From an uncultured Bacilli bacterium (GTDB taxonomy: Bacteria > Bacillota_I > Bacilli_A > RF39 > UBA660), in the NCBI GenBank assembly GCA_944329445.1, contig CALVIH010000003.1:5338-69337 (forward strand): 64,000 nt of DNA, written 5' to 3'. The first letter of the stretch is position 1; each line of letters opens with the position of its first letter. The notes beneath the pieces are model-generated. The model saw nothing but the letters and a program-made list of their open reading frames with translations. It was not told the origin of the DNA and ran no database searches. Positions 58,578-64,000 of the stretch are shown here, piece by piece. A program made the translations under genes and the position numbers.

Positions 58578-58602
58578 AAAAGGCAAACGATCGTTGCCTT
58601 TT
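58578..58602. terminator. Rho-independent (bidirectional-looking) terminator after tig
   Basis: AAAAGGCAA/TTGCCTTTT stem around ACGATCG. Confidence 0.6.
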
Positions 58603-58607
58603 TTAAT

Positions 58608-59873
58608 TTATTTTTTTAAGATTTCCAAAACTTTTTGTACTTTTATATCATATTTTAACATTTCAAGGCCACCAAACGCTTTAATGTATTCATCTTTATC
58701 CATACCATGTTTTTTTGATTTTTGTTCTGCATCTTCTTCTGCTTCTTTATCAGTAGCATCGATTTTTTCACGTTCAATAATTTCATCAATTGCGAAACGA
58801 AGCTTAATTCTTTTTTCAGCCTCATCATGCATTTGTGATTTTAACTGTTCTTCTGAAGAATTAGTAAACTTATAAAATTGTTCTAATGTAATACCTTGCA
58901 TTTTTAATCTTTCTTCATATTGAGCTACCATTCTATCTAATTCTTCGTGAATCATCTCATGTGGTACTTCTACTTCCGTTTGGTTAAGTAACGCTTCAAA
59001 TAATTCATCTACGTATTTATTTTCTGCTTGATACTCCCTTTGTTCGATCATTGACTCTTTAACCGTCTTTTCTAAGTCTTCCTTGGTTTTAACATCTTCC
59101 AAACCTAAATCCAAGAAAAATTCTTCGTCTAATTCAGGATAAACCTTTGATTTAACCTCGTGAACGGTTACTTTAAAAACAACTGGCTTTCCTTTTAATT
59201 CCTCTGCGTGATAATCTTCTGGGAAAGTTACGTTAACATCTTTTTTGTCACCGGCTTTAACACCAATAAGTGCTTCTTCAAAACCAGGTATAAAAGAATG
59301 ACTGCCTAATTCTAACGAATAGTTCTCTGCTTTTCCACCCTCGAAGGCTTTATCTCCGTCAAAACCTTCAAAGTCAATTATAATGGTATCTCCTTCTTCT
59401 GCTTTTCCTTCTTTTACTTGTAAGTCTGCATATTCTTTTCTCATTTTTTCAATTTCGCTATCAACGTCTTTTTTAGTTACTTTAATGGTGTCCTTCTTTA
59501 CTCCCAAATCAGTGTATTTCTTAATTTTAACTTCTGGTTTAGTAGTGAACACAAATTTATAAATAACACCAGTCTCATCGGCTTTATCAATCGCAACGGT
59601 AGGCTGCACTATTGGTTCACCTTTAAACTTTTCTAAAGCTTTTTTATATGCATCCTGCATACAAGAATCAACTGCCTCAACAACTAAAGCTTGTTTACCA
59701 TACTTTTTTTCATAAATATTTCTTGGTGCTTTACCTTGTCTAAAACCATCTATTTTAACGGTCTTAATAACCTTTTTAAATGTTTCGTCTAATTTTTGTT
59801 GCCATTCATCACCAGTTATTTCAATGGTTACTTCATGAATGTTTTTAGCTTTCTTTTCTTTTTTTTCTGCCAT
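58608..59873 (-). CDS. tig: Trigger factor
   Basis: Ribosome-binding GFRQGKAPR, FKBP-type PPIase (IIDFEGFDGDKAFEGG), C-terminal arm domain. Confidence 0.96.
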   Translation of the reverse strand: MAEKKEKKAKNIHEVTIEITGDEWQQKLDETFKKVIKTVKIDGFRQGKAPRNIYEKKYGKQALVVEAVDSCMQDAYKKALEKFKGEPIVQPTVAIDKADETGVIYKFVFTTKPEVKIKKYTDLGVKKDTIKVTKKDVDSEIEKMRKEYADLQVKEGKAEEGDTIIIDFEGFDGDKAFEGGKAENYSLELGSHSFIPGFEEALIGVKAGDKKDVNVTFPEDYHAEELKGKPVVFKVTVHEVKSKVYPELDEEFFLDLGLEDVKTKEDLEKTVKESMIEQREYQAENKYVDELFEALLNQTEVEVPHEMIHEELDRMVAQYEERLKMQGITLEQFYKFTNSSEEQLKSQMHDEAEKRIKLRFAIDEIIEREKIDATDKEAEEDAEQKSKKHGMDKDEYIKAFGGLEMLKYDIKVQKVLEILKK

Positions 59874-59901
59874 AAATATAATTCCTCCTAAATCACTTAG
59901 T

Positions 59902-59930
59902 ATTATAACTTATTTATTTCCCTTTATCAA
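59902..59930 (-). promoter_or_regulatory. Sigma-A promoter of tig
   Basis: Minus strand: TTGATA, 17 nt spacer, TATAAT. Confidence 0.5.
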
Positions 59931-59967
59931 GTGTTTGTTAAGGTAAGAGGTAAGAAAAAAGACAGCC

Positions 59968-60441
59968 TTAGGCTACCTTAACGATTTTTATATCAAAGCT
60001 TCCGTTAGGAGATTCAACCGATACGGTGTCCCCTTCCTTTTTTCCCATTACGGCTATCGCAATTGGTGATTCGTTTGAAATCTTATTAGCAAACGGATCA
60101 GCCTCGTTAGTTCCAACGATGGTGTATTCCTCTTCTTCGTCGTCATCATCATATTTTATGGTAACAACAGAACCAACTTTTACTTTACCATCATTGTTGT
60201 TTTCAATTATAATTGCATGCTCTAAAGTATATTCAAGTTCTTTTATTCTAGCTTCTAGTTTTGCTTGATTTTCTCTTGCAGATGAATATTCTGCGTTTTC
60301 AGATAAATCACCTAATGCCCTAGCTTCTTTTATCGCTTGAATAATTTCTGGTCTTTTAACTTGTTTAGCTTCGTTAAGCTCCTCTTCTAATTTTAAAAAA
60401 CCCTCACTAGTTAAATAAATTTCTTTTGTATCTTTTTTCAT
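59968..60441 (-). CDS. greA: Transcription elongation factor GreA
   Basis: GDLSENAEYSSARE coiled-coil tip. ATG at 60441 after GAGGTGG. Confidence 0.95.
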   Translation of the reverse strand: MKKDTKEIYLTSEGFLKLEEELNEAKQVKRPEIIQAIKEARALGDLSENAEYSSARENQAKLEARIKELEYTLEHAIIIENNNDGKVKVGSVVTIKYDDDDEEEEYTIVGTNEADPFANKISNESPIAIAVMGKKEGDTVSVESPNGSFDIKIVKVA

Positions 60442-60498
60442 AATATCCACCTCAAATATTAAACATGGCTACCATGTTACTACATTTTTTTTGTTTTG

Positions 60499-61710
60499 TC
60501 AATCTAAAAAGTTGACACGCATCAAATCGTTTTTATTAACTCTTTTATCACAATTAATTTTTATTATTTGTTTCGGATGTCTAGCTGCATCAAGCACGTT
60601 TCCTTCCTCATCCTTTAAAGTTTGTATAACAAACGAATAATCTTCTTTACTCGGACCAAAAATGGTTACTTTATCGCCTGGTTTAAAAAAGTTTCTTTGT
60701 TCTATTACTGCTTCTTTGTTTATTTCATCATAATCTAATACTATGCCTAAAAAATCCTGATTAGAATCTTCTTGCCTAGTACCATAATATTGCTCTTTTT
60801 CACCAGGTTTTTTGTCAAAAAACTGTGGCGTGACATCACGGTTTGCGCACCTATATAAAATTCTCTTTGCCCTATTAATATATTCTTTATCTACCTTGTT
60901 GTTACTATACATATCAATTAACCTTCGGTATACCGATACGATGGTTGCAACATAATAAACAGACCTCATCCTACCTTCTAACTTAAACGATGAAACACCG
61001 ATATTAATCATGTCCTTAATATAATCCACCAACGATAAATCCTTTGGGGCGATTGAGAAATTATCTTCGCTAGATAATTGTTTTTTATCTTCATCATATA
61101 AATTAAAATTAAACCTACATACCTGACAGCATCCTCCACGATTTGCATCACGGTTTGTAAAGTAATTAGATAATACGCATCTTCCGGATATATTAGTACA
61201 CATAGCTCCATGAATAAAACATTCTACTTCGGCTCCTGTTTCACGGATGATGTTTTCTATGTCTTTTTTAGAGCATTCTCGTGCCAAAACTATTCTTGAA
61301 ACGCCTTGATTTACGTAATAAAGGGCAGCATCTTTATTTAAAATGGACGCTTGGGTACTTAAGTGAAGTTCAAAATTAAAGTTATTTTTCTTAGCGATGT
61401 CAATTATTAGTGGATCGCTAAAGATTATTGCATCTACGTTCGCATCATCAAGGTTGCTAAGATACTCCTCTAACCCGTTTACATCGTCATTATGGAAAAC
61501 AATGTTAATCGTTACGTAAACTTTAGCATTATGTTCATGAGCAAACTTTACACCTTCTTTGATTTCATTTAACGTAAAGTTTTTAGCGTTAGCTCGTAAA
61601 CTATAATCAGTTCCGCCTAAATACACCGCGTCTGCACCATACGTAATCGCCCATTTTAACTTTTCGAGTGAACCCGCTGGTGCCAACAATTCTATTTTTT
61701 TATCATTCAT
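60499..61710 (-). CDS. Peptidase U32 family protein (YrrO type; tRNA 5-hydroxyuridine pathway)
   Basis: U32 signature region (ELLAPAGS...GADAVYLGG, ARECS, EGRMRS). Synteny yrrM-yrrN-yrrO. Confidence 0.85.
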   Translation of the reverse strand: MNDKKIELLAPAGSLEKLKWAITYGADAVYLGGTDYSLRANAKNFTLNEIKEGVKFAHEHNAKVYVTINIVFHNDDVNGLEEYLSNLDDANVDAIIFSDPLIIDIAKKNNFNFELHLSTQASILNKDAALYYVNQGVSRIVLARECSKKDIENIIRETGAEVECFIHGAMCTNISGRCVLSNYFTNRDANRGGCCQVCRFNFNLYDEDKKQLSSEDNFSIAPKDLSLVDYIKDMINIGVSSFKLEGRMRSVYYVATIVSVYRRLIDMYSNNKVDKEYINRAKRILYRCANRDVTPQFFDKKPGEKEQYYGTRQEDSNQDFLGIVLDYDEINKEAVIEQRNFFKPGDKVTIFGPSKEDYSFVIQTLKDEEGNVLDAARHPKQIIKINCDKRVNKNDLMRVNFLD

Positions 61711-62533
61711 TTTTCTTCACCTTATATATTGTTTTTTTATTAATAAAGCCTTCACTTGTCTCGTACTTATTCTTTATAATCTCATTTACTTTATGATTAT
61801 CATTAATATTTTCTAAAACGTTTAAAAGTATTTCCTCATCCATTAAATAACCATCTATCACCTCATAATCAACCGGTAAATTATAACCAAGTAAGTTAAG
61901 TAGTTTACCATCTAATATGTGTGTTCCAAAATCATCTTCGGTTATTTTATAATAATCATTACCTTTGTTTTCTTTTATTTCGTAATGTTTCTTACCCATT
62001 TTCGGAATGTTAAAATGTTCCATATAATTGGTAACAAGATTTCTGGCAGACGTGGATAAATGAGAAAAACCAAAAACGTTTTTAAAAAGCAAGGCATCCG
62101 TATTTTGCTTGATTTCTTCTATTTCAGCACCTGTAATATCATCAGTTAATAAGACGCCCTTAACTCCGTTTTTAAAATAGTGATTAATGGTGTAGTAACT
62201 ATTGTTTAAATGAAATTGATCCAAAATAACATCAGTTTTTAAATCATAAGTAAGCGCTGCTACATCACCAACTATTATTCCTTTTACACCAAGTTTATCT
62301 ACATCTAGCAGCGTTTTTTTATACTCGCTTAACTCGTCATTGTAAATAATTTTATTAAATGATACAAAAATTTCTTTATCCTTGTTATCATCGATAATTT
62401 TTTTTATGTCTAATACATTAAAGGTTTTTTCAAATAGATAAGAAAATTTATCAATACCTAAAATATACCCATCAACGTTAAATGGGTATTTTAATTCTTG
62501 CAAAGAGTTAATTTTTAATATTCTTTTTGCCAC
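61703..62533 (-). CDS. Peptidase U32 family protein (YrrN type)
   Basis: U32-like TIM-barrel half. The likely start is the GTG at 62533 after AAGGAAG, just past the yrrM stop, rather than the track's overlapping ATG at 62572. Confidence 0.75.
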   Translation of the reverse strand: MAKRILKINSLQELKYPFNVDGYILGIDKFSYLFEKTFNVLDIKKIIDDNKDKEIFVSFNKIIYNDELSEYKKTLLDVDKLGVKGIIVGDVAALTYDLKTDVILDQFHLNNSYYTINHYFKNGVKGVLLTDDITGAEIEEIKQNTDALLFKNVFGFSHLSTSARNLVTNYMEHFNIPKMGKKHYEIKENKGNDYYKITEDDFGTHILDGKLLNLLGYNLPVDYEVIDGYLMDEEILLNVLENINDNHKVNEIIKNKYETSEGFINKKTIYKVKKNE

Positions 62534-62534
62534 G

Positions 62535-63128
62535 TTATTTTTTCTTCCTTCTTGAAATAGCAACTCCATCACCTACCTCAAAGAACCTTGTTTTAAACTC
62601 ATCATTATCCTTAAGAAAGTTTATGTATCTTTCTAACTTTGTTATAAGTTGTCTTAAGTTTCTAGACATTTTACTTTTATCAGAATTAGTTAATCCATGA
62701 AAATTTATATTATCGGTTACTATGTAGCCTTTAGGCTTTAAATTTTCTTTAAATTTATTAAAGAACTTAATGTACTGACTTTTAGCAGCGTCAATGAAAA
62801 TAAGATCATATTCCTCAGAAGTATTAAATGATAAGGCATCTGCTAATATAAGTGTTATTCTGGAATCTAATCCTAACTTTTTTACATTTTTAACCGCTTC
62901 AATGTATCTATCCTTATCACGCTCAATAGTAGTTACCATGACGTCTTCGCCTGCTAAAGCCATGTTTATCGCAGAATATCCTATTGCGCTACCTATTTCT
63001 AAAATGTTTTTAACTTTATTTAGTTTAATAAACTCCGTTAAAAACTCCATGCCATCCTTTTCCATGATAGGCACGCCTTTTTCATCAGCGTATTTTTCTA
63101 TTTTTCTAATAAGAAATTCTTGATCCAT
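62535..63128 (-). CDS. trmR: Class I O-methyltransferase (YrrM/TrmR type)
   Basis: ILEIGSAIGYSAINMA SAM motif, DLIFIDAAK. Position upstream of the U32 pair. Confidence 0.8.
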   Translation of the reverse strand: MDQEFLIRKIEKYADEKGVPIMEKDGMEFLTEFIKLNKVKNILEIGSAIGYSAINMALAGEDVMVTTIERDKDRYIEAVKNVKKLGLDSRITLILADALSFNTSEEYDLIFIDAAKSQYIKFFNKFKENLKPKGYIVTDNINFHGLTNSDKSKMSRNLRQLITKLERYINFLKDNDEFKTRFFEVGDGVAISRRKKK

Positions 63129-63201
63129 AATTGCACCACCTAAATCTAAAAATAATTATAATAAAAAAAGAAATAAAAATCAATTTATTACGAAATAAAT
63201 T

Positions 63202-63230
63202 AAAAAAACAACAGATGTTACTCTGCTGTT
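63202..63230 (-). terminator. Candidate terminator after the DUF1292 gene
   Basis: AACAG/CTGTT stem spanning the stop codon, followed by T7 on the minus strand. Confidence 0.4.
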
Positions 63231-63520
63231 TCGTTTTCATCTTCAGGTTGTGAAAGTGATGACAAAATACCTTCAATAAGTTTCCATTCCTCATCAGTTT
63301 CAATTGGAAGAAGAACAGGATTTTCCTCTTCAGGATTAAAGATCGATGCATATACTTTGGTATTTCCTTCGTCATCAGTTGTATTATCGGTGTAAGCTAT
63401 ATAGTTTTTCTTGGTTTTTTCATCTTCGTAAGTAAATAAAATTTCGCATTTTATTTCTTTTCCCTCATCGTTTACAATTGTAAACGTATTATCTTGCTTT
63501 ACTTCATTTTTGTTATCCAT
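63218..63520 (-). CDS. DUF1292 family protein (YrzB type)
   Basis: 100 aa, acidic. TIVNDEGKEIKCEILFTYEDEKTKKNYIAYTD pattern. Position after ruvX. Confidence 0.8.
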   Translation of the reverse strand: MDNKNEVKQDNTFTIVNDEGKEIKCEILFTYEDEKTKKNYIAYTDNTTDDEGNTKVYASIFNPEEENPVLLPIETDEEWKLIEGILSSLSQPEDENETAE

Positions 63521-63522
63521 TT

Positions 63523-63945
63523 TTATTTTCCCTTTCTTATATCTAAATAATTTTGCAAAATTATTGTTGCCGCTAGTTCATCTACCTTGGACTTTCTTTT
63601 TTTTCTTGAAACGTCAGCTTGTAACAAAACGTTGTTTGCACTGACCGAAGATAGTCGTTCATCTTGTTCTACAATTGGTATATTAAACTTATCATTTAAA
63701 ATACTCGAGAAATTTCTTGTCCTTTGAACCGCATGTCCAAGTGTATTATTCATGTTTTTTGGTAATCCAATCACAATAAGCTTAGCATCATAATCATCAA
63801 TTATTTTTTTTAAATCGGTCAAACACTCAACTGGTTTATTTTCGGTAAACCGAAGCGTAGTAAGTCCACTTGCTATTGTCTCAGTTGCGTCACTTATTGC
63901 AACACCAAGCGTTTTGGTACCTAAATCAAGTCCTACTATTCGCAT
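63523..63945 (-). CDS. ruvX: Holliday junction resolvase-like nuclease RuvX (YqgF)
   Basis: MRIVGLDLGTKTLGVAISD, DERLSS. Confidence 0.93.
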   Translation of the reverse strand: MRIVGLDLGTKTLGVAISDATETIASGLTTLRFTENKPVECLTDLKKIIDDYDAKLIVIGLPKNMNNTLGHAVQRTRNFSSILNDKFNIPIVEQDERLSSVSANNVLLQADVSRKKRKSKVDELAATIILQNYLDIRKGK

Positions 63946-64000
63946 TAATTCAAGTATTCCTTTATTAATATCTCAAGAATCTTACTTCTGTCTATCTTAA
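63945..64000 (-). CDS. ireB: IreB/UPF0297 (YrzL) family protein, C-terminal fragment (rest outside window)
   Basis: The reading frame ends KIDRSKILEILIKEYLN*, compared with B. subtilis YrzL ...KLERDELIEELVKSYLEQ. TAATG overlap with ruvX. Confidence 0.6.
   Translation of the reverse strand, partial: KIDRSKILEILIKEYLN

Noticed and set aside
60455-60480. Hairpin ACATGG-TAG-CCATGT between the U32 gene and greA, considered as a terminator or greA leader element.
   Set aside because: The stem has 6 bp with a 3-nt loop and no U-tract, which is insufficient to call.
63106-63375. 89-aa ORF overlapping the DUF1292 gene and the yrrM upstream region.
   Set aside because: It shares a strand with, and overlaps, the clearly recognisable DUF1292 gene in another frame. 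It has no RBS and a low-complexity sequence.

Overview
AT-rich chromosomal window (GC judged by eye as under about 30%, not computed) from a spore-forming low-GC Firmicute; the finer taxon cannot be determined from the sequence alone. Most of it is core housekeeping sequence with clear Bacillus-like local synteny: hisS-aspS, 6S RNA and tcdA(yrvM); spoIVB, xseAB and nusB; mutS; trmK-sigA-dnaG; proS; valS; spoVID-ysxE-lon-tig; greA, yrrO-yrrN-yrrM, yrzB, ruvX and ireB. The main structural finding is that gene orientation is almost entirely '+' up to about 23.1 kb and almost entirely '-' from about 23.6 kb. The convergence falls in a 500-bp ORF-free gap containing a 28-bp sequence very close to the Firmicute dif consensus, so the window probably spans the replication terminus. 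A very AT-rich accessory patch lies next to it at about 18.8-23.1 kb, carrying a HEPN/MNT toxin-antitoxin pair, DUF5662, an FkbM methyltransferase, a protein built from seven 84-bp tandem repeats, and a zinc-ribbon membrane protein. Elements not visible in the ORF track: (1) two T-box leaders, a canonical one before an unknown ORF plus valS, and an unusually compact one before hisS-aspS whose specifier and discriminator signals point to tRNA-Asp; (2) a 6S RNA; (3) two small membrane-peptide ORFs, one inside a module bounded by 30-nt inverted repeats; (4) a HAD hydrolase gene broken by a frameshift in a homopolymer run. There is also a scattered type IV pilus/Com-like gene set with an N-terminally extended platform protein and no recognisable major pilin. 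No rRNA, tRNA, CRISPR array, transposase or phage gene was recognised. All functional calls rest on motif and family recognition by eye, with no database search.
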